This document shows, piece by piece, positions 20,276 to 31,368 of a stretch of DNA of 64,000 nucleotides. The notes beneath the pieces are model-generated. The model did not search any database, was not told the origin of the DNA, and was given only the letters and a program-made list of their open reading frames with translations. The position numbers and the translations under genes were made by a program. The stretch lies in the sequence record OR836606.1; one strand, 5' to 3'. Position 1 is the first letter of the stretch. Each line of letters starts with the position of its first letter.

Positions 20276-22441
20276 ATGAAGCTTTATAGAATAGAAGAAT
20301 TAATTGACAGAAATAATAATGGTGAAATTGTTATTACTAAAATTAAAGATAATGAAAATAGACCATTGATTACAACCAAAACTAAAAAGAAAGAAAAATT
20401 ATTATTAAAAATAGAATTTGATTCTGAAGAATATAAAAAATTATCTTTTAATGAATATGAAGAGGTTAATCTATTTGAATCAACTTCATATATTAAAAAA
20501 GAATATGGTATTGAAAATCCCATATTAAAACAAAACGAATTAACTAAAGATGTTTTAGTATATGAAGAAAGACCTTATGAATTAATTGGTGAATTAAAAT
20601 ATGATTTATTCACTATTTATTATAATTACTTAGGTAAAATGGAAAGAATATACGATACCAACTATATAGGTAATATCGAGTATGAAGATTTAAATTTTAA
20701 TAATTTGGTAGAAAGAGAGGTGAAAATTGAGCCGTATCCGCCAATTTATAGAGATAATAATAAATACCCTAAAGATTATGCGTTTAATCAAAAAATATTA
20801 AAAGAATCTGAATTAGTAGATGGAATTATATATAATGGTTTAATAGAAGATGGAAGAATATTCTATGATGCATATTTAGGAGATACTTATAGAACTAGAG
20901 AAAGTGATTTCGATGGAGCATATAAGCGTAATTCAGGATATGACAGGTTCTTAGGAAAAGGATATGTGACTATAGAAGATGGAATATTAGAAATGAAAAT
21001 TAATATCCCTAAATCTTCTTATTATGAAGTAAGATTTGGTGCTGGAAACCATTATAATAATGGTACAGTAAATAAAGTGTTTATAGATAATGTAGGAAGT
21101 TATTTTAGAACTCCTACGAATAGAAGTTTAGTTTGGTTTAGATCTATATTAGAAAAATATAATGACACAACAGATGAATATTTTGAAGAGGAACCAATAT
21201 ATTTAGAAAAAGGAACTCATACATTTAAATTTGAATATGATAAAAACTTCTCTACTAAAGAAAATGATATAGATGTTATATTACTAAAAGAAGTTGAATT
21301 TCCTGAAGCTAAAAATCCTTTCTATTCTAAAAAAGAAAATTATTTCAAAGTAGGAACTAGAACTATAATACCTATCAAAGATTTCTATATAGATAACGAT
21401 TCTTATAATCAAGGAACTGGTAAAACTTTAGAGACTTTTAAAATAGATAATAATGCCACGAATATAGAAGAAGTTAGTAGTTTATCTGATAAATTTTCTT
21501 TAACTACAGGAACTGTCAAGAATATTGTAACTTTAACTGAATCTGGAATGTATGATTTTAAAATATTGTTTAGAAGAAAATTTAATAATGATGAAATAAA
21601 GAATTCTAAACAAGAGGAAGCTGTAGTAAATATTAATGGTAAAAACTATATTGCTAAGGTTCATGAAGATCATAACAATTTGTGTACTTTAGGTCTTTAT
21701 AAAAGATTTCCCGAAATGAATATAGATGAATATATCAATGAAATTTATCTTAGAAAAGAAAATAATATACAAATAACTACAGCTGATGAAAATAATTTCT
21801 TATTTGATTCTCTTATTATAAATTCAAATACTGTTAAGAAACATTCAGATGTTAATAAAAAGGCATTAGTATATCCTAATATTAAAAATTATTATTTTAT
21901 ATATGAAGATTATGTAATGACCAATGGAAATAATGAATTAAATAATATTGATTCAGATACTGACCCTAGATCATTTGATAGTATTCAATCATACAGTAAT
22001 GAAGGAATTGAGTATTATATTAAAGAAGAACCAATACATTATGCGCTTAATAATTTTGACTGGAAAGATAAAAAATTAAAATATGAAGTTCATTATAAGA
22101 ATAATATTCAAGGATTAGAAATTAAAGTTCCTATTGAATCTTATTACTTGCCTAAATTATTAATGATTCATGATGATATGGATTTTGATAGATATATGAT
22201 ATTTAAGCCTTATATATTTGAATCTATCAAATATACATCTAATGATTTAAGTTATGAAAATTATATACAAAAATTTAGTAAATATGATTCTAAATTAGTT
22301 CCTTTACAAAATTATACAGATGAATTATTATCAGAAATGATATATGACCTTGGAGAAGATTGGAAAGATAGACTATTGAACGAGGTAGTAAATCTGGATG
22401 ACATAACATTTTGTCATATTTACAGCAGAATTAATAAATAA
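20276..22441 (+). CDS. Virion protein with two probable CBM6/CBM35-like carbohydrate-binding modules
   Basis: YYEVRF...VFID...IYLEKGTHTFKF...IDVILL and GMYDFKI...VVNINGK...IYLRKENNIQIT...FDSLII. Confidence 0.45.
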   Translation: MKLYRIEELIDRNNNGEIVITKIKDNENRPLITTKTKKKEKLLLKIEFDSEEYKKLSFNEYEEVNLFESTSYIKKEYGIENPILKQNELTKDVLVYEERPYELIGELKYDLFTIYYNYLGKMERIYDTNYIGNIEYEDLNFNNLVEREVKIEPYPPIYRDNNKYPKDYAFNQKILKESELVDGIIYNGLIEDGRIFYDAYLGDTYRTRESDFDGAYKRNSGYDRFLGKGYVTIEDGILEMKINIPKSSYYEVRFGAGNHYNNGTVNKVFIDNVGSYFRTPTNRSLVWFRSILEKYNDTTDEYFEEEPIYLEKGTHTFKFEYDKNFSTKENDIDVILLKEVEFPEAKNPFYSKKENYFKVGTRTIIPIKDFYIDNDSYNQGTGKTLETFKIDNNATNIEEVSSLSDKFSLTTGTVKNIVTLTESGMYDFKILFRRKFNNDEIKNSKQEEAVVNINGKNYIAKVHEDHNNLCTLGLYKRFPEMNIDEYINEIYLRKENNIQITTADENNFLFDSLIINSNTVKKHSDVNKKALVYPNIKNYYFIYEDYVMTNGNNELNNIDSDTDPRSFDSIQSYSNEGIEYYIKEEPIHYALNNFDWKDKKLKYEVHYKNNIQGLEIKVPIESYYLPKLLMIHDDMDFDRYMIFKPYIFESIKYTSNDLSYENYIQKFSKYDSKLVPLQNYTDELLSEMIYDLGEDWKDRLLNEVVNLDDITFCHIYSRINK

Positions 22442-22453
22442 TTCAAAAATATT

Positions 22454-22483
22454 CCCCTAATACTAAATTAATAGTATTAGGGG
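22454..22483. terminator. Bidirectional terminator between convergent genes
   Basis: CCCCTAATACT / AGTATTAGGGG stem with A/T runs on both sides. Confidence 0.75.
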
Positions 22484-22503
22484 ATTTTATTTGAGAAAAT
22501 CTA

Positions 22504-23310
22504 TTATTTAAGATCTCCGTTACCAGAGCCGGTGATTCCGCCTTTATTATAGTCGAAATCAGATAAGTTGTCACCAGCAGTTTTAGGTGCAGCTGGATCG
22601 AACATACCTTGTTCAGTGAAGCTGTAAATTTCATTAAGTTTAGATTTAGCAAAATCATTTACACGTGAAGAGATTTCCATATTACCTGCAAAGTCTTGCT
22701 CAATTTGTGCTTCTTCATGAGTTTCCATAGTGTAGTTATGGTGATCAAGAGAAATACGAGTAGGCATTACTGCAGTGTAATAAGCAGCGAATTCAATATT
22801 ATTTTTAGATGTATTATTAGCATCCGGACGAGTTTGGATATATAATAATTCACCTGTATGGTTTTTAGCAGCATATTCTAAATTATGAATTTTAGGATAA
22901 GTTGCAATACCAGTACGAGGATCACGGATACCAGATACCCAATATTGATACATATTTTTAATTGGACTACCAGAAAATTCTTGGTGAGTCATTTGGAAAC
23001 CAGTGTTTCCTTTTGTAATACTAGCGGCTGTACGATAGTTATTACCATTAAACGTATGCATATATTCATTTGTAGTCATTTCAATATTTTCTAAACCTTG
23101 GAATGATTTAAAGTTCTTTTGTGTCATAGCTTTAAATCCAGGGAATTGTTTTTCAACCCAAGAAGGAATTTTAGTCCATACTATGAACGAATAACCAGTT
23201 ACGAATGGATCAAACTCAAGAGTTTGAAGGTTCATATGTCCATTATAGAACCATTTGTTCTTAGCGATGTTATTGTCAAACACACGCTGATTTTTACTTG
23301 GTAAAATCAT
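22504..23310 (-). CDS. Tail tube protein
   Basis: Directly downstream of the sheath; 268 aa; QYWVSGIRDP...Y...P tube-like pattern; AAAGGAG SD. Confidence 0.7.
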   Translation of the reverse strand: MILPSKNQRVFDNNIAKNKWFYNGHMNLQTLEFDPFVTGYSFIVWTKIPSWVEKQFPGFKAMTQKNFKSFQGLENIEMTTNEYMHTFNGNNYRTAASITKGNTGFQMTHQEFSGSPIKNMYQYWVSGIRDPRTGIATYPKIHNLEYAAKNHTGELLYIQTRPDANNTSKNNIEFAAYYTAVMPTRISLDHHNYTMETHEEAQIEQDFAGNMEISSRVNDFAKSKLNEIYSFTEQGMFDPAAPKTAGDNLSDFDYNKGGITGSGNGDLK

Positions 23311-23421
23311 ATATTATTTTCTCCTTTTCATTAATCTTATTTACATAAATGTATATTATAGAAGTTTATATATCATCTTCATACTTATAATTTAATATAA
23401 GATCTTTATTTATATAATAAA

Positions 23422-23455
23422 ATAGGATACGACTGTATATTAAGTCGTATCCTAT
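23422..23455 (-). terminator. Hairpin (terminator or stabiliser) between sheath and tube
   Basis: ATAGGATACGACT / AGTCGTATCCTAT 13-bp stem. Confidence 0.6.
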
Positions 23456-23463
23456 AAATTTAA

Positions 23464-26400
23464 TTATTTTTCAACATTAATGTCAATGAAGATACGTTCA
23501 ATAACATTATTGAATTTAACAGAAATTTTAATACGTACAATACGTTGAGATTTATCATATTCATCTGCGCTAACTTCAGCTTGAATAGTTTCACAGCTAC
23601 GGTTAGATACATAACGAGTAAGATAAGCATTCAACTCTGTACTCATAATTGAACGAGTTTCATCATCATTTAATTCAAATTGGTAATCAGAAACAAGAGT
23701 TTCTGCATCACGTTTAATTTGGTTTAATGTAAAGATATTATTCAAGTTAGATAATGGACCATCAGATTTAATAGAAGTCATCTGTGCACCAAATTTAGTT
23801 TTATCAATATCTTTTTCAATGTAGTTGATTTTAGAAGTATAAAGTTTTTCTTTATAAGGTTCATTAGGAGCCCAAGATAAAGCTTTATGGCCTTCAACTA
23901 AACCACGTCTAGGACCCGCAATTGGGAAATGTAAACCAGAGTTAACAGCTTGATAAGGAATCATTGAAGCTAAACGATAAGTTGGAGTGAAACGAATGTC
24001 TCTACCAGTGTACTCATCATAATAAGTTAAATCTTGAGAGTAAATAGCTGTATACTCAGAAGAAACAGCAAATTCTTCTTTTCTCCATCTAATTGCATCT
24101 TCAGGACTAACTGGATAACGATCAGTAACTGTGTCGGCTAAGAATACAAAGTCTTTACGAACATTTTTAGCTAATTCAGAGATAGCGAACTTAACTTCAT
24201 TAGAATAACGAGCATCAAGTACAACATCAAATGGATAAGCTTTAGTGTTTGTAATTTCTTCGTCTACTAAACCTTTATAAGCTTTAATTAATTCACGATT
24301 AACTGCATTTTTACGATCCTTATATGAAATATCTTCAGCATATGAGAAGTCGCCATCAGAACCGAATAAGAATTTAACTGGACTAGAAATATCAATAAGG
24401 TTTGTATTGAAGTATTTAGAGTTAGCCTTATTCAAGTTAGCAACTGCTAATTCAATATTTTGATGAGCGTTTAATGTAATATCTCTTTCTGTATAGTTAG
24501 AACGAGTTTGAATCATTTCGTCAATATTTTTACGGAAGATAGAAATATCATAATAGATTGTATTAACCGCAATACGGACTGCACGAGCAACTTTGTATAC
24601 AGAAGCCACTGATACAGCTCTATTAATTAAATCTACTAATTGATTAGCAATTTCATTACAAGTTACGAATACTTCTTCACGGTTAACAGCGTTATCTTCC
24701 ATTAATCCTAATGTAATATCGTCAACTAACATTTGTTTGTCAGCCAATGAATTTAACATGGATTCTGGAGAAACTAAGTCACGTTCTGAATCTTCATCGT
24801 CACCATCAGGAGTAGTGTTAATAAAATTAATTGCTTCTTCAGGGAGTCCTTCACGTACTGCTGGCATTAAGTTATCTATTACATAACGTAATTCTGTTTC
24901 AGTATCATTTAATACTTTAGCCATTCCTTCTAAGTTAGTTACAGATTTCATACCAATACGTAATTCAGCGATATCATTTGTAATATCTAAGATATTAGAT
25001 TTATGTTGAATACCGAAGATACGGATTTGGTCTTTCTGAGCTAATACATCACGTAATTCTTTAACATCAGCTTGATATTTAGGATTTGAAGAAATACCTG
25101 AATTAGATTTATAAACTAATTCGTAAGCAGCATTAAGTTTATTACCATTATCTAAGAATTCATTTAATAATAAAGAACCAATTTCTTCTGTTCCAGAAAG
25201 AACTGCAGAAAGGTTTTCTTCATTTGAATCTTCAAAATAAGTGTTATAATCTTGAACTAAACGTTCAGCTGCTCCAGCAGGTTTACCACCGAAATTAATT
25301 TCAGAAGGTTTGAATTTTCCAGCTAATTCTTCTTCAACTGCTTCTGCATCATTAATATCTGCAGATACATCTTCTTGATTTAATTTTTCAGAAACTAAAT
25401 TATCTTTAATAATTTTAGGTAAGTTACCTGTATCATCATCAAATAAACCATTAGATGGCACAATAATTTTATTCAATAATGATTTAAATTCTGTAAAATT
25501 ATCAGAACGTAAAGTTTTGTATTGATCTCTCATATAAGAAAGACGGTCTGAATCTGTAACGAAAGTTTTTTCACGCATACCATTATCTAATGAAATTAAT
25601 GCGTTTTCAACTGGATCATTAAAATCAGGTTTATTCAATACGTGTTTACCACTAATAGTTACTGGTAGACCTTTGTTATTATAACGGTGTAAAGCAATAT
25701 GAACATCTTCCGTTTGTTTAGTTTCTTCTGAATAGAAAGTTTCAGGAGTTCCATCAATACTAATTTTAGATTTACCAGAAATAACATCAATACTTGCAGG
25801 ATGTACATTAGGGTTAATTTCTTTAGCTAGATTTTGGAAGTTTTCTAGATTAAATTTGATGTTAATGTATTTAGAATAACGATTAACAACTTCTTCAATA
25901 AACATTGATTCACCGGTATCTGAAATCGAATCTGGATCAAATGTAACTAAGAATGGACCATCAATTACGTTAACGTTACCAAAATCATCAAATTCAAGAA
26001 CTTCTAAGTTGTAAACACGTTCAGTACGACCACTAGTGTCATAAGAAGTATTTAGAGTTAAACGAATACCTAAATCATTATAAGATTCACCACGACCATT
26101 AGGATAAGCTAAAAGTAAGAAGTTATTGTTATAACCATCTACTGTTTGCTCATTACCACGGTCTAAAGTAATTTCATTAACTAATTCTTCAATATTTCTA
26201 TTATTTTTCTTAACAAATGCAATTGTTGGACGAATTTTGACATCGTCAATTTTAACCAATTCATTTGATTCTGTTAAAACTTTTTTACCATCTTTTTGTA
26301 CTCTACTTTGTACGTTTAATATAGCATGTGAATAAGTTGCATTTTGCGGTAGAATACGTAATACATAAGCTTGACCACCAGAACGTAACCAGTTCACGAT

Positions 26401-26616
26401 GTTATAAGCAGATTGACCGTATTTCGTATAGTTTGGTTCACCATATTTAAAAATAAATTCTTCTTCAGTACCTACAAAATCAATAACTCCATCTTTACCT
26501 TTTTCAAAAGTGTCTGCAGCAAATAATGTTACTGGACCTTCAGCTGTTTGATAACTATTTTGATAAGAGTTGATTTGTGTTTGTACAGAAGGATGGAGAT
26601 ACATAAAGTCTGCCAT
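23464..26616 (-). CDS. Contractile tail sheath protein (1050 aa)
   Basis: N-terminal EEEFIFKYGEP...LRSGGQAYVLR; C-terminal AGPRRG, INYIE, VKFNNVIERIFIDINVE; GAAAGGAAGG SD. Confidence 0.9.
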   Translation of the reverse strand: MADFMYLHPSVQTQINSYQNSYQTAEGPVTLFAADTFEKGKDGVIDFVGTEEEFIFKYGEPNYTKYGQSAYNIVNWLRSGGQAYVLRILPQNATYSHAILNVQSRVQKDGKKVLTESNELVKIDDVKIRPTIAFVKKNNRNIEELVNEITLDRGNEQTVDGYNNNFLLLAYPNGRGESYNDLGIRLTLNTSYDTSGRTERVYNLEVLEFDDFGNVNVIDGPFLVTFDPDSISDTGESMFIEEVVNRYSKYINIKFNLENFQNLAKEINPNVHPASIDVISGKSKISIDGTPETFYSEETKQTEDVHIALHRYNNKGLPVTISGKHVLNKPDFNDPVENALISLDNGMREKTFVTDSDRLSYMRDQYKTLRSDNFTEFKSLLNKIIVPSNGLFDDDTGNLPKIIKDNLVSEKLNQEDVSADINDAEAVEEELAGKFKPSEINFGGKPAGAAERLVQDYNTYFEDSNEENLSAVLSGTEEIGSLLLNEFLDNGNKLNAAYELVYKSNSGISSNPKYQADVKELRDVLAQKDQIRIFGIQHKSNILDITNDIAELRIGMKSVTNLEGMAKVLNDTETELRYVIDNLMPAVREGLPEEAINFINTTPDGDDEDSERDLVSPESMLNSLADKQMLVDDITLGLMEDNAVNREEVFVTCNEIANQLVDLINRAVSVASVYKVARAVRIAVNTIYYDISIFRKNIDEMIQTRSNYTERDITLNAHQNIELAVANLNKANSKYFNTNLIDISSPVKFLFGSDGDFSYAEDISYKDRKNAVNRELIKAYKGLVDEEITNTKAYPFDVVLDARYSNEVKFAISELAKNVRKDFVFLADTVTDRYPVSPEDAIRWRKEEFAVSSEYTAIYSQDLTYYDEYTGRDIRFTPTYRLASMIPYQAVNSGLHFPIAGPRRGLVEGHKALSWAPNEPYKEKLYTSKINYIEKDIDKTKFGAQMTSIKSDGPLSNLNNIFTLNQIKRDAETLVSDYQFELNDDETRSIMSTELNAYLTRYVSNRSCETIQAEVSADEYDKSQRIVRIKISVKFNNVIERIFIDINVEK

Positions 26617-26694
26617 ATGTTTTGTAACCTTCCTTTCGAATATTTACATCTATGTGATTAATTTCAATAGATTTTATATTATAATCAAATTTTA

Positions 26695-26706
26695 TAATAG
26701 TATGTT
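26695..26706 (-). promoter_or_regulatory. AR9-type late promoter for the sheath operon
   Basis: AACA TACTAT TA on the minus strand. Confidence 0.6.
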
Positions 26707-26743
26707 TAATTTAGAAAACTATATACAGCGATGTGTTTTATGT

Positions 26744-26962
26744 TTATTTTAAACTTTCTTCCATTATTCTTAAAACTTCATCCTTAAATTCATCAGGTAT
26801 TTGGTTCCAATTAATTATCTCATGAAATAATAAGAATGACAAATAAGGAGGATATTTCTTTTTATTAAAGTTAAACTCAATAAATGTTAATACACTTCTA
26901 GATAATTTAAGTAATACTTTTGATACTTTCCAGAATATTTCCATAATATATTTCACTTCCAT
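26744..26962 (-). CDS. Hypothetical protein
   Basis: 72-aa ORF adjacent to 26966-27712. Confidence 0.5.
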   Translation of the reverse strand: MEVKYIMEIFWKVSKVLLKLSRSVLTFIEFNFNKKKYPPYLSFLLFHEIINWNQIPDEFKDEVLRIMEESLK

Positions 26963-26965
26963 TAA

Positions 26966-27712
26966 TTAGTATTTCATAACATCTTCTAAAGGAGATCGTT
27001 TCTCTTTACCACCCTTAGCAGTTCTACCTATAGATGTTACAATTGTATCATCCATGCCTTCAAATGTAAATGAAGCAAATGTGGAGTTAAGGTTAGGTAA
27101 TTTCTTAAGGTTATAGTTAATATAATCTAAAGGTCCAACATTCTGATTTTTATTTAAAGCTATTCTGTAAGGTGTTTCTACATTTTCTTTATATCTACAT
27201 AATTCAGCAATAATCAATTCATAAGTTAATGAATTAGATTTAAGGTTTACTTTATTACTATCTAATACATCATAATGGAGTTTAATAATATCATTATAAT
27301 CTATGAAGGTAGGTAGTTTCCCTGCATGGAATAAGAATAAGAAATTTTTAACCGTTTCAGCAGATTGTTCAATGTTAACATTAGCTACAAATTGACAACC
27401 TGTTCTTAATCTAAAAACTTCATACTGTATTGAATCCATATTGTCTGATAATTTTCCATCAAACTTAAAATTCTCTACATAATTAAAATCAATAGGATTA
27501 GGATATTTCATCTTTCTTAGTACACCTTGTTTACCTTCTTCAGCCTGTTTTTCAGTTTTAATTTCAAATTGGAACATTCCATAAGTATTAATATATTCAC
27601 CACGGTGTTCAGATAAACCTTTTTTAAATTGCTCCCTTGGAATATAAATGTCTAATATTTCACCAGTGAATATAATAGAATTTCCATCTCTTTTAAGTTC
27701 TTTAAGTTTCAA
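26966..27712 (-). CDS. Possible split RNA polymerase beta-prime C-terminal subunit (virion RNAP)
   Basis: YELIIAELCR and STFASFTFEGMDDTI...SPLE resemble the beta-prime C-terminal regions (HIEVIVRQM; SAASFQET); late promoter upstream. Confidence 0.5.
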   Translation of the reverse strand: MKLKELKRDGNSIIFTGEILDIYIPREQFKKGLSEHRGEYINTYGMFQFEIKTEKQAEEGKQGVLRKMKYPNPIDFNYVENFKFDGKLSDNMDSIQYEVFRLRTGCQFVANVNIEQSAETVKNFLFLFHAGKLPTFIDYNDIIKLHYDVLDSNKVNLKSNSLTYELIIAELCRYKENVETPYRIALNKNQNVGPLDYINYNLKKLPNLNSTFASFTFEGMDDTIVTSIGRTAKGGKEKRSPLEDVMKY

Positions 27713-27746
27713 TCCATTTTATCTCCTTTCTCATTAATTGAATTAA

Positions 27747-27758
27747 TATATCTTTGTT
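27747..27758 (-). promoter_or_regulatory. AR9-type late promoter
   Basis: AACA AAGATA TA on the minus strand, downstream of the nrdF terminator. Confidence 0.55.
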
Positions 27759-27783
27759 ACAGATCAAAATTTAGCGTAAAAAA

Positions 27784-27815
27784 TCCCCTAACAATCAATT
27801 AAGAATGTTAGGGGA
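27784..27815 (-). terminator. Terminator after nrdF
   Basis: TCCCCTAACA / TGTTAGGGGA stem followed by TTTTT on the minus strand. Confidence 0.75.
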
Positions 27816-27826
27816 ATACATGTAAA

Positions 27827-28897
27827 TTAATCTATATAATAACTATGACTAAATCTATCATCCGCTTTATTTTTATATGAATCGATTATATTCTTATTAA
27901 GTTCATTAATATCAATTGAATCATAATCTTCTTCTTTAGTATTTTCAGCTTTACCTAATAAATAACCATTTCCTTCTTGAGAGAAGAAATCGTGATTTCC
28001 AGTTGATGTCTTTAATCCTGCCATTACAATAGGATTTACATCTTCGTCAGTAGTTTCGAAAATAGGATCTAATTTAAGGTTTAATAATGCTTTATTGGCA
28101 TTGTATTGAGCAAACAATTTAACATCTTCAGCCCAACCAATTTCAGTATAAACTTCTTCAATGAATTCACATTCAACTTGATAAAGTTCAAATAGTAAGT
28201 TAGTTACCCACATTTTAGTTTCATTTTTTTCTTCTTCACTTAATTTTTCAAATCTCTTACTGAATTTATATCCAATATATGAACCATGAACAGACTCATC
28301 TCTTAAAATTAATTTTATAATTTCAAGAACTGATTTAAGACTATCTTTCAATCTTAAAGGAGTATAGAAACCTGAATAGAATAAGAATGATTCTAAAAAT
28401 ACTGAAGCTGCTTGAACTTTAAGAATGTCTCCAGATTGATAAGCTTCATTTATTAATTTAATTTTCTTTTGTACATATTTATTATTTTCTGCCCATTCAA
28501 AGTTTTCATCTACTTCTTTTGAAGTACATAATGTAGTAAAAATAGTACTATAACTACGAGCATGAATTGATTCCATAAAACCAATATTTCTTAATACGTC
28601 TTCTTCTAATGTAGTTAATGCGCTATGCATTAAAGCATCAGAACCTTCACGAGACTGAAGTGTATCTAAAATAGTTAATTCAGCAAATACTTTATTAACT
28701 ACCCCTTTAGTAACATCATCAGTGTTAGACCAAGCTTTAATATCATTTGAGACTGGAATACGTGTTGATGTCCAAAATTGAGACACTAAAGTATCATATG
28801 TCATAATATCTACATAATCATCTACTCTATTCCAGTTTACAGGTGTATAATAACCTTTATCTTTTGTATAACTTGTTAAGAAATCTCCTCTATCCAT
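27827..28897 (-). CDS. nrdF: Class Ib ribonucleotide reductase beta subunit
   Basis: LTILDTLQ, MESIHARSYSTIF, LESFLFYSGFY, IILRDES-like LILRDESVHG iron-ligand motifs. Confidence 0.95.
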   Translation of the reverse strand: MDRGDFLTSYTKDKGYYTPVNWNRVDDYVDIMTYDTLVSQFWTSTRIPVSNDIKAWSNTDDVTKGVVNKVFAELTILDTLQSREGSDALMHSALTTLEEDVLRNIGFMESIHARSYSTIFTTLCTSKEVDENFEWAENNKYVQKKIKLINEAYQSGDILKVQAASVFLESFLFYSGFYTPLRLKDSLKSVLEIIKLILRDESVHGSYIGYKFSKRFEKLSEEEKNETKMWVTNLLFELYQVECEFIEEVYTEIGWAEDVKLFAQYNANKALLNLKLDPIFETTDEDVNPIVMAGLKTSTGNHDFFSQEGNGYLLGKAENTKEEDYDSIDINELNKNIIDSYKNKADDRFSHSYYID

Positions 28898-28938
28898 ATT
28901 ATCTTAAACTCCTTCTTTTAATTTTAAATATTATGAAT

Positions 28939-28963
28939 TAGGATAGAATAAACATCTATCCTA
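28939..28963 (-). terminator. Hairpin between nrdE and nrdF
   Basis: TAGGATAGA / TCTATCCTA stem. Confidence 0.45.
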
Positions 28964-28975
28964 ATATTTCATTAA

Positions 28976-31339
28976 TTATATACTACAGCTTTCACATTCA
29001 ACAATACCTTGAGAACTTTCATCATGATCAGGTGAATAAATACGAGTATAATACATAGATTTAATACCTTTACTATAAGCATAGTTACGTAATCTACTAA
29101 TATCACGAGTAGTAGTTTCTTTATCTAAAGAATCTTTTTTCCATTCATAAAGTTCTGGATCAAGTTCATTCATTAAGTAAATATTCATAGAAATACCTTG
29201 ATCTACGTGATATTGAGCTTCTGAATATAAATCAATCATATCTCTCATATCTAATTGGTAAGCATTTTTCTTAAAGTATTCAAAGTTGTCTGGTGTAATA
29301 CCTGGCGCTGGATAGAAAGTAGTGCCTGTTTTACCTTCTACACGTTCTTCAATTAACTCAACAATAGGATGAATTGAAGGCGATACTTCTCTAACATAGC
29401 CAATAGACCCATTAGGAGCTACAGCTAATCTATTCTGATTGTATAAACCATCCATAACAATATTATTTCTTAATTGTTCCCAATCGCTATCAGATGGAAT
29501 AAAAATGTCTTTAAATAATTCTTTAACTTTTTCAGTACGTGGTTGAATATTTTTACCAATATAACGTTTATCAAAATAAGAACCATCAGCATATTCAGTT
29601 TTCTCAAATAAATAGAATGATTCATTTTTCTCTTTAGCAATTTTATTTGATTCAACTAATGTCCAATAATTTAATAACATGAAATAAATATTAGTGAAAT
29701 CTTTAGATTCTTCAGAACCATATTGAATGTGGTTTTCAGCTAAGAAAGTGTGTAATCCCATAGCACCTAAACCAACTGTATGAAATAAATCATTTCCTTT
29801 TTTAATTGTAGGTACAGCTTCGATATTAGATTTTTCAGATACTGAATTTAAACTTCTTAACATAGTTCCTACTGATTTACCAAAATCTTCCGATTTCATT
29901 AAACCGGATACAATAGTTGAAGCTAAGTTACATGAAATATCTGTTCCTGTTTTAACATATTGTTGATTATCATCAACTAATGAAGGATATTGTACCTGCA
30001 AAATTTCTGAACACAAATTACTCATTTTAATTTTACCATGACTGATTGGATTAGCTCTATTAGCTGTATCAATATTAATGATATAAGGATATCCAGATTC
30101 TTGTTGTAATTTACTAATTGTGGTTTCTAAATCACGAGCATACATTTTATCTTTACTAATACGTTTATCATCTACAAAGATATCATAATAAGTATTAAAG
30201 TCAATACTGTCGAAATCCAAATCGTAATATTTTTTAATGTCATATGGGCTAAATGTATATAATGATTTATTTTCTTTAACTAACTGATAATATTTGTCTG
30301 GAACGGTTAAACCTAATGAAATAGTTTTTAATCTCACTTTCTCATCAGCATTTTCTTTCTTAGTATCTAAGAATTTCACTACATCTTTATGGAAAATATT
30401 TAAATAGAGCGCACCTGCACCATTACGTTGCATTTATATTAACTATATGAATTTCATATAGATTAGACTATATCTTATACTTCTAATAAGTATTATTATA
30501 TTTAATCGTTGGACAATCATAAAGATTGATGCTGATTAAGTTTATAAACTTTTCCAGCAATTAATAATATTTATACTGAGCCATTAAAATTAACCCAGTT
30601 GATTTACATATGATAATGTATCTTCAAATACTTTCATAACCGGAACTACTCCTGAAGCGGCACCTTCTACACCTTTAATTGGATCATTATCTGCACGTAG
30701 ATTTGATAAACTGATTCCACAGCCTCCGCCTCTTTTACTTAATTGAGCTACGTTAGTAACAGTTCTATAAATTGAAGCTAGAGAATCTTCCATTGTAACT
30801 AAGAAACAACTTATTAACTCACCAGAACGTTTTCTACCTGAATTGAGAAATGTCGGTGTAGCGGGTTGGAAAGTTCCTGTAATGATTTCTTTAGCGATAT
30901 TCTTAGCTAATTCTTCATCTCCATCAGCTAAATATAAAGCTACAAATAAAATTCTATCTTCATATAGTTCTAATAAAATCTCCCCAGCATCATCTTTCAT
31001 TGCATACTGTTCATAGAATTTTTTAGCCCCCAATAAGCGAGTAAATCTATGCTTATAAGCCATTAATTCTTTCATTAATCCTTTAATGAACTCAAAATCA
31101 TAATTATTGATCATATCGCCATCAATATAATCATTATCAACTAGATAATTAATTTTTTCTTTATATGTTTTAAAGTATCTTACATTCTTATTAACTGAAT
31201 CTAAGAAATATTTTTTAACTGAAGCTAATTCAAATTCTAAATCTAAATTACCGTCTTTTAATTGTGACCCTCTTGAGTTTAATTCGTTATATGAATAATC
31301 TTTAAATTTTTCTGAAGTTAAATCAATTTCTTTTGGCAT
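28976..31339 (-). CDS. nrdE: Class Ib RNR alpha subunit, spliced: join(30593-31339, 28976-30430), 733 aa
   Basis: FQPATPTFLN, SCF, SNLCSEI, CNL, VAPNGS, KSMYYTR, C-terminal CESC; splicing gives YVNQLG|QRNGAG. Confidence 0.92.
30431..30592 (-). ncRNA. Minimal group I intron (162 nt) in nrdE
   Basis: Exon ends in U, intron ends in G; P1 ACUGGGU/GCUCAGU with U.G at the splice site; core AAUUGCUGGAAA, AAUCAGCA, CAACGAUUAAA, AAGAUAUAGUC; removal restores the frame. Confidence 0.9.
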
Positions 31340-31368
31340 TTTATTAAAGTCTCCTTTTATATAGCTTA

